DNA of 64,000 nt, from contig JBJOMY010000005.1 in the NCBI GenBank assembly GCA_046052125.1, positions 1 to 64,000 of the forward strand. The letters run 5' to 3'. The DNA is from Cyanobacteriota bacterium (GTDB lineage: Bacteria; Cyanobacteriota; Cyanobacteriia; PCC-6307; Cyanobiaceae). Below the pieces are notes generated by a model, which saw only the letters and a program-made list of their open reading frames with translations, made no database searches and was not told where the DNA came from. The number at the start of each line of letters is the position of its first letter. Position 1 is the stretch's first letter. Positions 18,784-29,663 of the stretch are shown piece by piece. Made by a program: the position numbers and the translations under genes.

Positions 18784-19371
18784 ATGGCACCCCCTGAGCT
18801 CTGGCTGCTGCGCCACGGCGCCACCGAATGGGCGCTGAGTGGCCGCCACACCGGCAGCACCGACCTCCCCCTGCTGGCGGAAGGCGAAGCAGAGGCACGC
18901 GCCCTGGCCCCCTTGCTGAGCCGGCAGCAGTTCGCCGCGGTGTACACCAGCCCACTGCAGCGGGCGCGCCAAACCTGTGCTTTGGCAGGACTGGGCGGCC
19001 AGGCCGTGATCGAAGCGGATCTACGCGAATGGGATTACGGCCGCTACGAAGGCATCACCACCGCTGAAATCCGCCAAACGGTTCCCGGCTGGACCGTGTT
19101 CACCCATCCCTGCCCCGATGGCGAGCGGTTGGAGCAGGTGCAACAGCGCTGTGAAGGCCTGATCTCTCGGCTGGTGGAGCGCCATCCCGGCGGCAAGGTG
19201 GCTCTGTTCGCCCACGGCCACATCCTGCGCAGCCTTGCGGGCTGTTGGCTGGGGCTTGGAGTCGCAGGCGGCGCGCTGCTGGTGTTGGGCACCGGCAGCT
19301 TCTGCTTGCTGGGCAGCGAGCGGGAACAGCGGGCGCTGTTGCGTTGGAACGCACCTGTGCAGCTGCCGTAG
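18784..19371 (+). CDS. Histidine phosphatase (phosphoglycerate mutase-like) family protein
   Basis: LLRHGATEW, SPLQRARQT, EWDYG, FAHGH. Confidence 0.9.
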   Translation: MAPPELWLLRHGATEWALSGRHTGSTDLPLLAEGEAEARALAPLLSRQQFAAVYTSPLQRARQTCALAGLGGQAVIEADLREWDYGRYEGITTAEIRQTVPGWTVFTHPCPDGERLEQVQQRCEGLISRLVERHPGGKVALFAHGHILRSLAGCWLGLGVAGGALLVLGTGSFCLLGSEREQRALLRWNAPVQLP

Positions 19372-19424
19372 CCAGCGGGCCGTTGGCGTGCCAGCTTGAG
19401 CTGGAACGGTGGGACCACACAGCC

Positions 19425-19865
19425 GTGAGCCAGCCCAAAGACTCGAGCTCCAAACGCAGCACGCCGCGCCAGATGGAATCCCGGGCGCCGGGCTGGCTGA
19501 TTGCCGATGCCACCACACCCAGCCGCGGCAGCCGTGCCGTGCGCCAGCGGGAATGGCTGCAGGTGGAGCGCCCCGATCCCTCCCAGCAGCAACGCATCGA
19601 GCGCTGGCAGCTCACCGTGCGCGGCCGGGTGCAGGGGGTGGGCTACAGAGCGGCCTGCTGCCAGAGGGCGCGAGAACTCGACCTGAACGGCTGGGTGCGC
19701 AACCAGGCTGATGGGTCGGTGGAAGTGCAGGCCGAAGGTCCCCTGCACAAGCTCACCGAGCTGCGCTTGTGGTGCGAACGCGGACCGCAAGGTGCCGGCG
19801 TGCACAGCGTGAGCCATAGCCAATTGGCACCGATCAGGGAAGACTGGTTCGAAATCCGCACCTGA
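19425..19865 (+). CDS. acyP: Acylphosphatase
   Basis: GRVQGVGYR, GWVRNQADGSVE; start uncertain (GTG 19425 or ATG 19473). Confidence 0.88.
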   Translation: MSQPKDSSSKRSTPRQMESRAPGWLIADATTPSRGSRAVRQREWLQVERPDPSQQQRIERWQLTVRGRVQGVGYRAACCQRARELDLNGWVRNQADGSVEVQAEGPLHKLTELRLWCERGPQGAGVHSVSHSQLAPIREDWFEIRT

Positions 19866-19875
19866 AACTGCCGCG

Positions 19876-20562
19876 ATGACGAACGGGACCCTGTGGGCCG
19901 AATTGCTGGCCTACGGCAGCGGCATCGCGATCAGCCCCATCCACATCGGCCTGCTGCTGCTGTTGTTGCTGGGCCCCCAGCCCCTGCGCCGCGGTGGGTT
20001 GTTTGTGCTCAGCTGGATGCTCACGGTGACCGCCGTGGTGGTGCTGCTGCTCACCGTGGGGCATGGCCTACTGCTCACCATGGACAAGGGGAGCAGCCAT
20101 CGCACCGGCCTGGATCTTCTGGCGGCGGGGGCCCTGCTGGCCCTCGGCCTCAAGGAGCTGTTGGATCGCCGGGAAGAAGGGGCGGATCCGCCGGCCTGGA
20201 CCCGGCAGCTCGATCGCTTCGGCGCCATGCCCCTGCCCCTGTTGCTCGGGGCCAGCTGCGCGATTGAAGTGATCAGCCCCGACGATCTCTTTCTCTTCGC
20301 CAAAGCCGCTTCGGCCCTGTTGTCGTCGGGCTTGAGCCGCTTGCAGGAAGTGCTCTACACCGCTGGCTTCAGCGTGGCGGCCAGCCTGGCCCTGCTGCTG
20401 CCCTTCGCGGCGGTGCTGCTGGGCCGCGATCGGGTGGTACCCCTGTTGGAGAAAGGCAAACAGGTGCTGTTTGCCCGTGGCGACCTGCTGGTGGGCGGTT
20501 TGAGCCTGGTGCTGGCGGGCTATCTGGGCTGGCAGGGCATCGAGGGGCTGCAGCTCAGCTGA
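19876..20562 (+). CDS. GAP/Sap family membrane protein
   Basis: GIAISPIHI N-terminal motif, about 6 hydrophobic segments. Confidence 0.7.
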   Translation: MTNGTLWAELLAYGSGIAISPIHIGLLLLLLLGPQPLRRGGLFVLSWMLTVTAVVVLLLTVGHGLLLTMDKGSSHRTGLDLLAAGALLALGLKELLDRREEGADPPAWTRQLDRFGAMPLPLLLGASCAIEVISPDDLFLFAKAASALLSSGLSRLQEVLYTAGFSVAASLALLLPFAAVLLGRDRVVPLLEKGKQVLFARGDLLVGGLSLVLAGYLGWQGIEGLQLS

Positions 20563-22015
20563 GCCCGCCCTGCTCAAGCCAACCCCTCCACTGCTTTCGA
20601 TCAGCGGCAGCAGAACCGCCCTCGCGCGCATCGGCCACCAGCCACACGGCCTGGCTGGCACGGCTCACCGCCACATACACCAGCTGGCGGCGCAACACCT
20701 CATCGGCGGGCCAGAACACATCCCCGGCCACAAACACCTCCCCAAAGGTGCTGCCCTGGCTGCGGTGCACCGTGAGCACGGCGGCTGGGCCAAGGGAAGC
20801 AAAGGCGTCACGCACCAGGAAGTAGCGGCGCCACAGGGCCCGGCCGGCCTGCTTGCCGGCATCGCGCGCCTGCTGCCGCAGCTGACGCATCAACGTGTCC
20901 AGCTCAGTGCGAGCGCTACTGCCCGCCGGCGGCAGCAGGCGCAGGGTGAGCCGCGATTCGCCCGCCTCCACCTCAGCGCTGAGCGTGTCGATCACCGGGG
21001 CGTTGAGGCCATCGCCGCTGCCGATACCGAAATCAGCCAGGTCGCAGCGCTCCGGCGTCACATCCCGCACCACCAGCTCCCGGTTCGAGCCCAGCAACAT
21101 GTCGGGCTCTTCGGCGGCTTCCTCTCCGGCGCGGCAGGCCGGCGCCATCACCGCCGCCCGGGTGATCAACACCTCCCCCGGCAGCACCGGCAGCTGATCG
21201 GCCATCTCGCCGTGGATCGCCCGGCGGGCAATGGGAACGAGCTGCTCCAGGGCGCGGTTGGTGTAACAGAGGATGCGGGCGTGGTCGGGGTTATCGAGTT
21301 CGGCGCCGCGGCGCAGGGCCGCCTGGGCTGCTGCCAACCAATCGGCGCGGGGCAACACGGCCACCTGGCCATGGCTATCGCGAATGGCTGGCAGTGCGGG
21401 TGGCTGGCGACAGGGCAGCTGGCCATTGCGCAGCCCCGTGGCCAGCAGCAGCACGGGCCCCTGGTGACGCACCACTTCCATGAGGCTGGCGGCGGCCGCA
21501 CGGCCCATGGCGAACACCGGGCTGGTGGGCTCCCCTACCGGCGGCAGCTGGGCCGGATCACCCACAAAGACCAGCCGCGTGCGGAAGGGGTGGGCGCAAC
21601 GCAGGGCGATCTCCAGCAGGGTGCTGTCGACCATCGAGGCCTCATCCACGAGCACCAGCCCGAGATTTTCGAGGGACGCAGCCGTTTGCTCGGTTTCCTC
21701 GCAGCGCTCCACATCTCCCTGGCGCTTGAGCTTCAGGCGCAGCAGCCGGTGGATCGTGCTGGGGTACCAGGTGGGCTGCAAGCCGGCCCAGGCCAGCTGC
21801 TGGCGCAACACCCCCACCGCTTTGTGGGTGGGGGCCACCACCGTCCAACAGAGCCCGAGATCGTCCACCTGCTGGAGCAGATGGCGGGAGAGGTAGGTCT
21901 TGCCGGTGCCGGCGTAGCCGCTCAACACAAACGGCGTGCCGTCATACGGCGTTTTCAACCAGGCAGCGAAGGCCTGGGCGGCTTCGGCCTGGCCGGCCGT
22001 GAGCGCCTCAGCCAA
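20555..22015 (-). CDS. RecD/Dda-like SF1B DNA helicase
   Basis: GYAGTGKT, APTHKA, VDEASM, GDPAQLPPV, TVHRSQGSTF, YVAVSRA; TTG start at 22015 inferred. Confidence 0.88.
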   Translation of the reverse strand: MAEALTAGQAEAAQAFAAWLKTPYDGTPFVLSGYAGTGKTYLSRHLLQQVDDLGLCWTVVAPTHKAVGVLRQQLAWAGLQPTWYPSTIHRLLRLKLKRQGDVERCEETEQTAASLENLGLVLVDEASMVDSTLLEIALRCAHPFRTRLVFVGDPAQLPPVGEPTSPVFAMGRAAAASLMEVVRHQGPVLLLATGLRNGQLPCRQPPALPAIRDSHGQVAVLPRADWLAAAQAALRRGAELDNPDHARILCYTNRALEQLVPIARRAIHGEMADQLPVLPGEVLITRAAVMAPACRAGEEAAEEPDMLLGSNRELVVRDVTPERCDLADFGIGSGDGLNAPVIDTLSAEVEAGESRLTLRLLPPAGSSARTELDTLMRQLRQQARDAGKQAGRALWRRYFLVRDAFASLGPAAVLTVHRSQGSTFGEVFVAGDVFWPADEVLRRQLVYVAVSRASQAVWLVADAREGGSAAADRKQWRGWLEQGGLS

Positions 22016-22520
22016 GGGCCATCCAGCCCCAGTGTTGGGCGATTGCCAGCGGGGAGCCCACCCACACCAGACCCGGCAGGGCCACAAGCGGACCGATCAG
22101 GCTGCCCACCAACACCTCAAGGCGGGTGTGCCCGAGGTTTTCCTTCAGAGGCTTCAGTTCTGGGGCCTCCTCGGGATGAAGCTCCCAGAGACCATCCGGC
22201 AAACCATTCACCCGCTGAGCCGTGATCCCGGCAGCACGGCGTACACCGGCTGCGTCGTAGAGCACCACAAAGCACATCGTCGCCGCCAAGGCGAACAGCG
22301 GGTCATCAAATCCCTGTTGCCAGCCCAGGGCCGCAGCGGTACCCGTGAGCAAAGCGGAATGGCTCGAGGGCATGCCGCCGGTTTCCACCAGCACCTTCGG
22401 GTTCCAGCGGCGATGCACAACCAGCTCGATCACCAGCTTGGAGAGCTGGGCGCTGCCGCAGGCGGCCAGGCCCCACCAGAGCGCACCGTTGTCGAGGATC
22501 CCGAGCAGCGGCGCGCTCAT
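22008..22520 (-). CDS. Divergent PAP2 family protein (DUF212)
   Basis: [25 protein letters not shown]. Confidence 0.9.
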   Translation of the reverse strand: MSAPLLGILDNGALWWGLAACGSAQLSKLVIELVVHRRWNPKVLVETGGMPSSHSALLTGTAAALGWQQGFDDPLFALAATMCFVVLYDAAGVRRAAGITAQRVNGLPDGLWELHPEEAPELKPLKENLGHTRLEVLVGSLIGPLVALPGLVWVGSPLAIAQHWGWMALG

Positions 22521-23455
22521 CGGTCGCGACTCGTGATGTAGTCGGCCAGGGCCAGCAGCGGCGCGGCCTTTCCTCCGGCGCTCCAGGGTTCGAGGGCAGC
22601 CTTGGCCTCCGCCACCAGCGCATCAGCGCGCTGGCGTGATTCCTCCAGGCCCAGCAGCTTGGGATAGGTGGTCTTATCGGCGGTGAGGTCCTTGCCGGCG
22701 GTTTTGCCGAGCACCTCGCTGCTGGCGGTCACATCGAGGATGTCGTCAATGATCTGGAAAGCCAGACCGATGCCGCGGGCGTAGGTGCGCAGGGCCTCGA
22801 GCAGCGCATCCGGTGCACCGGCGATCAAAGCGCCGGTGAGCACACAGGCCCGCAGCAGGGCGCCGGTTTTATGGAGGTGGATGTATTCGAGCGTCTCGAG
22901 ATCAACGTCCTTGCCCTCGCACTCCAGGTCAACCACTTGGCCGCCCACCAACCCCGGAGCACCGGAAGCCAGGCTCAACTCCCCCACCACCTTCAGCAGC
23001 TGCTCGGGCGGCACGCCGGGGCTGCGCAGCGCCACCATTTCAAAGGCGCGGGTGAGCAGGGCATCGCCCGCCAGAATCGCGTTGGCCTCGCCGTACACCT
23101 TGTGATTGGTGGGCATGCCGCGTCGCAGATCGTCGTTGTCCATGGCGGGCAGATCGTCATGGATCAGCGACATGGTGTGAACCATCTCCAGCGCCACCGC
23201 CGTGGGCATCGCCAGCTTGCTGTTGCCGCCGGCCAGCTCACAGGCCGCCAGGCAGAGGATCGGCCGCAACCGCTTGCCGCCCGCCAGCAGCGAATAACGC
23301 ATCGCCTCGCGCAGGCTCTCGGGCCGCTCAGGCCCCAACGATCCGTCGAGCGCCGCTTCCACCTGCAAACGCGCCTGTTCGAGGTAGGCAGCGAAGTCGA
23401 AGCCGGCGGCCTCTTCCGTTGCGGTGCTGTCGTTACTCGTGACGGCCGCGGTCAT
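22517..23455 (-). CDS. crtE: Geranylgeranyl diphosphate synthase
   Basis: [41 protein letters not shown]. Confidence 0.95.
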   Translation of the reverse strand: MTAAVTSNDSTATEEAAGFDFAAYLEQARLQVEAALDGSLGPERPESLREAMRYSLLAGGKRLRPILCLAACELAGGNSKLAMPTAVALEMVHTMSLIHDDLPAMDNDDLRRGMPTNHKVYGEANAILAGDALLTRAFEMVALRSPGVPPEQLLKVVGELSLASGAPGLVGGQVVDLECEGKDVDLETLEYIHLHKTGALLRACVLTGALIAGAPDALLEALRTYARGIGLAFQIIDDILDVTASSEVLGKTAGKDLTADKTTYPKLLGLEESRQRADALVAEAKAALEPWSAGGKAAPLLALADYITSRDR

Positions 23456-23528
23456 GGGGGCTGGGCCTTGGGCCATCGCTGCGCCGGATTCTCTCAGGCC
23501 AGGGCGTTGGGCGCTGCAGGGGCCTGGA

Positions 23529-24425
23529 TCACGGCAACAGATCAGCGAGGGGCTGATCCAGCCCGCAGCGCTGACACCAACTCGCCACGGTGTTCACCAA
23601 CAGCAGGGTGACGGTCATCGGCCCCACGCCCCCTGGCACTGGCGTGATGGCACTGGCGATCGGCTCCACCTCCTCAAAGCGCACATCACCGCACAGGCGT
23701 GCTTTGGCGCCTGGCTCACTCTCAAGCCGGTGAATGCCCACATCCACCACCACCGCGCCGGGCTTCACGTGCTCGGCGCCGATCATGCGCGGTCTGCCTG
23801 CCGCCACCACGAGCACATCCGCCTGGCGGGTGAGCGCTGCAAGGTCAGCCGTGCGCGAGTGACCAATGCTCACCGTGGCGTTGGCCGCCTGCAGCATCAG
23901 GGCCATCGGCTGACCCACCAGGATGCTGCGCCCCACCACCACGGCGCGCTTGCCGGCCAGCTCTACGCCCGCCGCCGCCAACAGAGCCATCACACCGGCC
24001 GGCGTGCAGCTGCGGGGGCCAGGTTCTCCCTTGAGCAAGCGCCCCAGGTTGAGGGTGTGCAGGCCGTCGGCATCCTTTTCTGGATCAATGGCCGCCAGCA
24101 GGGGCCGCTCATCGAGGCCGGAGGGCAGGGGCAACTGCAGCAGGATCCCGTCAACGGCGGGGTCGGCGTTCAGCCGTTGGATCGTGCTCAGCACTTCGGC
24201 CGCAGGGGTGTCTGCCGCCAGGTGAGCGCCCAGGTTGGTGATGCCGATGCGGCTGCAGGCCTTCTCTTTATTGGCCACATAAACGCCGCTGGCGGGGTCA
24301 TCCCCAACCCGCAGCACCGCCAGGCCTGGCGGGCGCCCAGCCCGTTCGAGTCGATCGGCCACCACCGCCTGCAGGCGCTGCTCGATCGATGCCGCCAGCA
24401 GGCGGCCATCTAGACGCGTGGCCAT
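23529..24425 (-). CDS. folD: Bifunctional methylenetetrahydrofolate dehydrogenase/cyclohydrolase
   Basis: [35 protein letters not shown]. Confidence 0.97.
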   Translation of the reverse strand: MATRLDGRLLAASIEQRLQAVVADRLERAGRPPGLAVLRVGDDPASGVYVANKEKACSRIGITNLGAHLAADTPAAEVLSTIQRLNADPAVDGILLQLPLPSGLDERPLLAAIDPEKDADGLHTLNLGRLLKGEPGPRSCTPAGVMALLAAAGVELAGKRAVVVGRSILVGQPMALMLQAANATVSIGHSRTADLAALTRQADVLVVAAGRPRMIGAEHVKPGAVVVDVGIHRLESEPGAKARLCGDVRFEEVEPIASAITPVPGGVGPMTVTLLLVNTVASWCQRCGLDQPLADLLP

Positions 24426-24496
24426 GGGGATGGGCGCGCAACACTCCCATCAGCATGCAACGGCACGGCTAGCTTGGAATCCCCCTCGCCTCTTCA

Positions 24497-26602
24497 GTGA
24501 GCCCCACGGGCCCTGGCCATCGCCCCTGGCGAACCCTGATGCGGCTCTGGCGGCGGCTACTGCGGCTCGAGATGCCGCGCCAGGCGATCACGCCCTGGCG
24601 CAGACGCGACTGCGTGGGCGTCGTGCTGGTGAGCCTGCTGGTCACGCTGCTCTCGAGCTGGCCCTGGTTGGTGGAGCCCAGCCTTAGGCCTGGCGTGCCG
24701 GCCCCGTTCACCGTGCGGGCACCCAAGGCAGCCACCGTGGTGGATTCCGATGCCCTGGAACAACGGCGCTCCCAGCTGGGACCTCGCACCCACGTGCAGG
24801 TGGTGGATCCGCGCATCAACCGTGAACTGGAACAGGGACTGAATCGCCAGTTGCAGGCCATTCAGCGGCTGGCGGACACCAGCCAGGACCAGGTCGCCCC
24901 GCTCGATCTGAGCCCGGAGGAACGGGACTGGCTGGCCAGCCAACCCACCCGCGAGCTCAATGCCTGGGAAGACGAGCTGCGGCGTGCCCAGCGGCGGATG
25001 CTTCAGCAGGGCGTGATCAGCAGCGTCGCCAACCGTCAGCTTGAGCAGGCTGCCGCACTGCAGCTGGAGAACCTGAGCGAACCGTCGCGCAGCCTTGGCA
25101 GCCGCGTGGTGGCCAGCTCCCTGCAGGGCCGCAGCAACCTGCGCATCGATGCCACCCTCAGCCAGCGGCTGATTGAAGACCTCCTCACCCAGCAGGGCAT
25201 TCCCACGATTCAGGTGCGGCAGGGGGAACTGATCACCCGCCAGGGGGAGCCGATCAGTAGTCAGTCCTATGCGGTGCTCGATTACTTCGGACTGGTGAAT
25301 CGCCGGCCCCTGATTGGGGCCTGGCTCCTGCATGCCGGAGAAGCATTGGCGGCCTGTGCCGTAATAGTGCTGCTACTGCGCCAGCGCCGCACCAGCCTCG
25401 AACCGCGCCAGGCGCTGTTGGCCCTGGGCCTGTTGCTGCTGGTACAGGGTTTCAAGCTTTGGCTGGGATCTGCCGCCAGCCCCCTGGCTCTTCTGGTCCC
25501 CGCCACCTTGCTGCTGGCCCAGGGGCTCGGCACCACTGCAGGGCTGGGCTGGGTGGCGATCGCCAGCCTGCTCTGGCCGGTGCCGCTGGCGCCGTTCAAC
25601 GATCAGCGGATTTTGGTGGCGGCCGGTGTGGCCGCCGTAACAGCGGTGCTGGCGGGCCGCCAACGCAGCCGGGCCCAATTGCTGCAGCTGGCCCTCCTCA
25701 TCCCTGTGGGGGCCTTGATCGCCGAATGGCTGCTGCTGCAGCTGGCGGTGGCCAATGGCGAAGGCGATGGCCGCCTGCCCGTGGGGGCGGATCTTCCGGC
25801 TGAAGCACTGCTGCTCGGCGGCCTGCTCCTCGGGGTGTTGCTGATCAGCCCGATGGTGGAGAGCTTCTTTGATCTGCTCACCCGGGCCAGGCTGCTGGAA
25901 CTGGGCGATCTCGAGCGCCCGCTGTTGCGGCGGCTTTCCCGTGAAGCTCCCGGCACGTTTGAGCACACCCTGATGATCTGCGGCCTGGCCGAGGAAGGCG
26001 GGCGGGCGATCCAAGCCGATATCGACCTGATCCGCACCGGCGCGCTCTATCACGACGTGGGCAAACTGCATGGCCCGCAGTGGTTCATCGAGAACCAGAT
26101 GGGGAACGACAACCCCCACGACAAGCTCGATGACCCGCACTTGAGCGCCGGCATCCTGCAGGCCCACGTGGATGAGGGCTTGAAACTCGCCCGCCGCTAT
26201 CGCCTGCCCCGCCCTCTAGCCGACTTCATCCCCGAGCACCAGGGCACCCTGAAGATGGGCTACTTCCTGCACGAAGCCCGGCGCCGCGACCCCGCCATCC
26301 AGGAAGCGGATTTCCGCTACCGCGGCCCGATCCCCCGCAGCCGTGAAACCGCCGTGCTGATGCTCGCCGATGGCTGCGAGGCTGCGCTGCGCTCCCTGCC
26401 GCCAGACACCTGCGAAGAAGAAGCGCGGGCGATGGTGCGGCGCATCGTGGAGGCCCGCTGGCGCGATGGCCAGCTGCTGGATAGCGGCCTGAGCCTGGCC
26501 GAACTGGAGCTGTTGGTGCGGGCTTTCGTTCGGGTGTGGCGGCGGATGCGCCATCGTCGAATTCCCTATCCGATCCCCGCCCGCAAGGGCTACAGCGCCT
26601 GA
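24497..26602 (+). CDS. 7TM-HD (HDIG) phosphohydrolase, PgpH-like
   Basis: Extracellular domain + TM block + EAPGTFEH, YHDVGK, FIENQ, EHQGT, LMLADGCEA. Confidence 0.9.
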   Translation: MSPTGPGHRPWRTLMRLWRRLLRLEMPRQAITPWRRRDCVGVVLVSLLVTLLSSWPWLVEPSLRPGVPAPFTVRAPKAATVVDSDALEQRRSQLGPRTHVQVVDPRINRELEQGLNRQLQAIQRLADTSQDQVAPLDLSPEERDWLASQPTRELNAWEDELRRAQRRMLQQGVISSVANRQLEQAAALQLENLSEPSRSLGSRVVASSLQGRSNLRIDATLSQRLIEDLLTQQGIPTIQVRQGELITRQGEPISSQSYAVLDYFGLVNRRPLIGAWLLHAGEALAACAVIVLLLRQRRTSLEPRQALLALGLLLLVQGFKLWLGSAASPLALLVPATLLLAQGLGTTAGLGWVAIASLLWPVPLAPFNDQRILVAAGVAAVTAVLAGRQRSRAQLLQLALLIPVGALIAEWLLLQLAVANGEGDGRLPVGADLPAEALLLGGLLLGVLLISPMVESFFDLLTRARLLELGDLERPLLRRLSREAPGTFEHTLMICGLAEEGGRAIQADIDLIRTGALYHDVGKLHGPQWFIENQMGNDNPHDKLDDPHLSAGILQAHVDEGLKLARRYRLPRPLADFIPEHQGTLKMGYFLHEARRRDPAIQEADFRYRGPIPRSRETAVLMLADGCEAALRSLPPDTCEEEARAMVRRIVEARWRDGQLLDSGLSLAELELLVRAFVRVWRRMRHRRIPYPIPARKGYSA

Positions 26603-27918
26603 TGGAGGTGAGCTCAAGCCAGAGGCCGAATCGCTGGCAACACGCCTGGTATCCCGTGGCCTTCGTGCGGGATCTCGATCCCCTGAGGCCAACCCCCTTC
26701 ACGCTGCTGGGGCAAGACCTGGTGCTGTGGTTTGAGCGCAGCAGCCAGCAGTGGCGAGCCTTTGCCGATGTGTGCCCGCATCGGCTGGTGCCGCTCTCCG
26801 ATGGGCGGTTGAACGCCGCAGGGGAGCTGGAATGCCCGTATCACGGCTGGAGCTTCAACGGAGCGGGCCACTGCACTGCCATTCCTCAGGCTGAGCCGGG
26901 CAGCAGCAGCAGCCAGCGCAGCCACTGCCGCAGCTACGCCACCGCAACAGCTCAAAACCTGCTGTTCGTGTACAGCGGTGTGGCCGCGGAAGCCGCCGAG
27001 CAACCGCTGCCTCTGGTGCCTGTGCTGGATGAACCCGGCTGGCTGGTGCAGGACACCTTCCGCGACCTGCCGATGGATGCGCTCACCCTGCTGGAGAACG
27101 TGCTGGATGTGAGCCATGTGCCCTTCACCCACCACGCCACGGTGGGGCGACGCGAGAACGCCGGACCGGTGGCTCTGGAGCTCACGGAGTTCGGGCCCGA
27201 TGGCTTCAGTGGCTTGTGGCAGGAGGGTCCGCGGCGGGGGAAGCTCGGCAGCCAGTTCACCACCTATGCCGCGCCGTCGCTGATGTGGCACGACCTCACG
27301 GCCAAGGGATTTGCCCGGATTCTCACCGTGGTTTACGCCACACCCATCCGCCGCGGGGAATGCCGCCTATTCGCGCGCTTTCCCTTCCAGTTCAACTCCC
27401 CCTGGCCGGGCAGGCTGCTGAGGCTGAGGCCCCAGTGGCTGCAGCACCTGGGCAACCACGTGGTGCTGGAAGACGACCAGCTCTTCCTGCATTGGCAGGA
27501 GCGGGTGCTGGAAGAGCGGGGCGGCAGCCATCACGCCGTGCGCAGCTTTCACCTACCCACCAGCGCCGACCTCTACGTGCGTGCCCTGCACGACTGGGTG
27601 AACCGCTACGGAGGTGAGCCCTTCCCTGGCGAACGTCTACCCGAACGCCAAACAAGCCGAGCGCTGATGGAGCGCTACGACGCCCATACGCGGCACTGCC
27701 GCAGCTGCGCGGGCGCCGATCGCCGCCTTCAGAGGCTGCGACCGATCAGCTGGGGGCTGGCGGCGATTGCCATTGTCGCGACGGCCTGGCTGGGGCCAGG
27801 CCTGTGGGGCGCCGTGGCGCTGGTGCTTGCCGCAGCTTCGGGGTTGGGTGGCCTGAAGATCCAGAGCTGGCTGGCGCAGCTGCGCTACGGCAGCAGTCGA
27901 CCACCGCGCAACCGCTGA
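26602..27918 (+). CDS. Rieske [2Fe-2S] oxygenase, pheophorbide a oxygenase-like
   Basis: CPHRL...CPYHGW, ENVLDVSHVPFTHH, C-terminal CRSC; TGATG overlap with the upstream gene. Confidence 0.9.
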   Translation: MEVSSSQRPNRWQHAWYPVAFVRDLDPLRPTPFTLLGQDLVLWFERSSQQWRAFADVCPHRLVPLSDGRLNAAGELECPYHGWSFNGAGHCTAIPQAEPGSSSSQRSHCRSYATATAQNLLFVYSGVAAEAAEQPLPLVPVLDEPGWLVQDTFRDLPMDALTLLENVLDVSHVPFTHHATVGRRENAGPVALELTEFGPDGFSGLWQEGPRRGKLGSQFTTYAAPSLMWHDLTAKGFARILTVVYATPIRRGECRLFARFPFQFNSPWPGRLLRLRPQWLQHLGNHVVLEDDQLFLHWQERVLEERGGSHHAVRSFHLPTSADLYVRALHDWVNRYGGEPFPGERLPERQTSRALMERYDAHTRHCRSCAGADRRLQRLRPISWGLAAIAIVATAWLGPGLWGAVALVLAAASGLGGLKIQSWLAQLRYGSSRPPRNR

Positions 27919-28226
27919 GAACCGCTGCGCTGCGCCGCCCGCCGAACCCGCCGTTCCTCCCAAAACGCTCGCCACTTGCGATCCAAGATCAGGCCGGCCG
28001 CCACCAGGGTGATGGCATTGGCCGCGATCAACGGACCATCACCGGTGAGCAAGCCATAGACACCCCAGAGGGCCACGCCGGCGCTGAACAAGGCATACAT
28101 GCGCAGCGAGATGCCGGAGGTATCGCCGGTGCGCAGCGTTTTGATCGCCTGCGGGATGAAGCTGAGCGTGGTGAGGCTGGCAGCGACGTAGCCCAACAGC
28201 ACCACCGCCGGAGGCTGAACGGTCAT
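27885..28226 (-). CDS. SemiSWEET (PQ-loop) transporter
   Basis: LTTLSFIPQAIKTLRTGDTSGISLRMY, LWGVYG, PLIAAN; 3 TM. Confidence 0.88.
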   Translation of the reverse strand: MTVQPPAVVLLGYVAASLTTLSFIPQAIKTLRTGDTSGISLRMYALFSAGVALWGVYGLLTGDGPLIAANAITLVAAGLILDRKWRAFWEERRVRRAAQRSGSQRLRGGRLLP

Positions 28227-28888
28227 CGGCAGGGGAGCTGAAAGGGAACAGGAGCCTCCAGCAGCATGGTGCGGCCGGTGAGGGGATGCTGCAGCTGAAG
28301 GGCGCAGGCGTGCAGATGCAACCGTTCTGCACCCCCGCCTGCCTGCTCGCTATACAGCGGATCCCCAAAGATCGGATGGCCGATGGCGCTGAGATGCACC
28401 CGCAGCTGATGGGAGCGACCGGTCACGGGCTCGAGCTGCAGCCTGCTCATGGCTGGGGTCTGCCCGGTGGGCCGGATCTCCTCAAGCTTCCGCCAACGGG
28501 TGATGCAGGGCTTGCCAGCCGGATCCACGCCATACAAAGGCGGGCGATGCTGCCGTTTGGCGATGGGCAGCTCAATCACCCCCTCGGCTTCAATTGGCAC
28601 CCCGTGCACATCGGCCACGTAGCGCTTCAGCACCTGCCGCTCCGCGAACAGCCGACTCAAGGCGCGATGCAGTGCGGGCGTCAGCGCCACCAGGATCAAC
28701 CCGGAGGTGTCGCGATCGAGGCGATGCACCAATTGAGCCTCGGGCCAGCGGTGCTGCACCCGCGTGATCAGCGAATCGGCCAAGGCGTGCCCCAGGCCTG
28801 GCTGGCAGAGCAAGCCCGTGGGCTTGTTGAGCACCAGCAGATCGTCGCCGTGGTGAATGATCCAGGTGGGATCCAGCGGCTCAGCCAT
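28223..28888 (-). CDS. RluA family pseudouridine synthase
   Basis: NKPTGL, VHRLDRDTSG, TGRSHQLRVH, GHPIFGDPLY, LHLHA; start could be 28906. Confidence 0.93.
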   Translation of the reverse strand: MAEPLDPTWIIHHGDDLLVLNKPTGLLCQPGLGHALADSLITRVQHRWPEAQLVHRLDRDTSGLILVALTPALHRALSRLFAERQVLKRYVADVHGVPIEAEGVIELPIAKRQHRPPLYGVDPAGKPCITRWRKLEEIRPTGQTPAMSRLQLEPVTGRSHQLRVHLSAIGHPIFGDPLYSEQAGGGAERLHLHACALQLQHPLTGRTMLLEAPVPFQLPCR

Positions 28889-28955
28889 CACCAGCGGCCT
28901 TGCCATGGCCGTTGCGGTTTGACGTCGCCACACTGACAGCAGCTGAGGCAGCCCC

Positions 28956-29330
28956 GTGGCTCTGGATCGCTTCAAACAGGCCCTGGCCGCCCTGCTGGAT
29001 CAGGCCCCCAGCGATCCGCTGGAGCGCGACGAATACTTCGAGCTGCATACCCTGCCCACCGGCGGCGGCAGCGGTTTTGAAGTGGTGATCTGCGATGAGG
29101 AGAACGAAATCTTCGCGGTGATCTACACCGACCGCCTCTTTGAAGAAGGGGAGGAAGGCCAGGAGGCGGTGGAAGCGCTGGTGCCGGAGTTTCTGAGGCA
29201 GGCCTTCGGGCTGGAGCCGGATGAATGGGAATCCACCGAACCGTTTGATCTGGGTTGGCGCAGCCGCGAATACCTGTGGTTTATGGAGTTCCGTGTGCCC
29301 GGGCTCACCCCCACCTGCCGCTTCGACTAA
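28956..29330 (+). CDS. Acidic hypothetical protein
   Basis: 124 aa ORF with protein-like composition filling the gap between neighbours. Confidence 0.65.
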   Translation: MALDRFKQALAALLDQAPSDPLERDEYFELHTLPTGGGSGFEVVICDEENEIFAVIYTDRLFEEGEEGQEAVEALVPEFLRQAFGLEPDEWESTEPFDLGWRSREYLWFMEFRVPGLTPTCRFD

Positions 29331-29629
29331 CGCTCCAGCTGCAGCACCTGCAGCTCCAGGCGCGGACGACTGAGCAGCAACACAGCGCCATGGCCCTCCG
29401 GCCAGGGCAACCCCGTGGCCCGGCGCAGGGCCGTGCGCTCCAGCAAGGCGATGCCGCAGGTTTCCACCAGCACAACCGGCATGGTGCTGCCGCTGCCGCG
29501 CATGGCCTGCAGATCCAGGGCCTGCTGGGCCGCTCGGGTGCTGCGCTCGAGCCCCAACCGCTCCACCAGCTCACCCCAGAGATGATTCACCGGCGTGCAG
29601 GCCGCCAGATCCAGATCATTCACCTCCAT
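29327..29629 (-). CDS. Hypothetical protein
   Basis: MEVNDLDLAACTPVNHLWGELVERLG...QALDLQAMRG; ATG 29629; downstream of the SepF-like gene. Confidence 0.65.
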   Translation of the reverse strand: MEVNDLDLAACTPVNHLWGELVERLGLERSTRAAQQALDLQAMRGSGSTMPVVLVETCGIALLERTALRRATGLPWPEGHGAVLLLSRPRLELQVLQLER

Positions 29630-29663
29630 GGCTGCCTCGGCCGCGCCGTTCCAGCTTGCCGGG

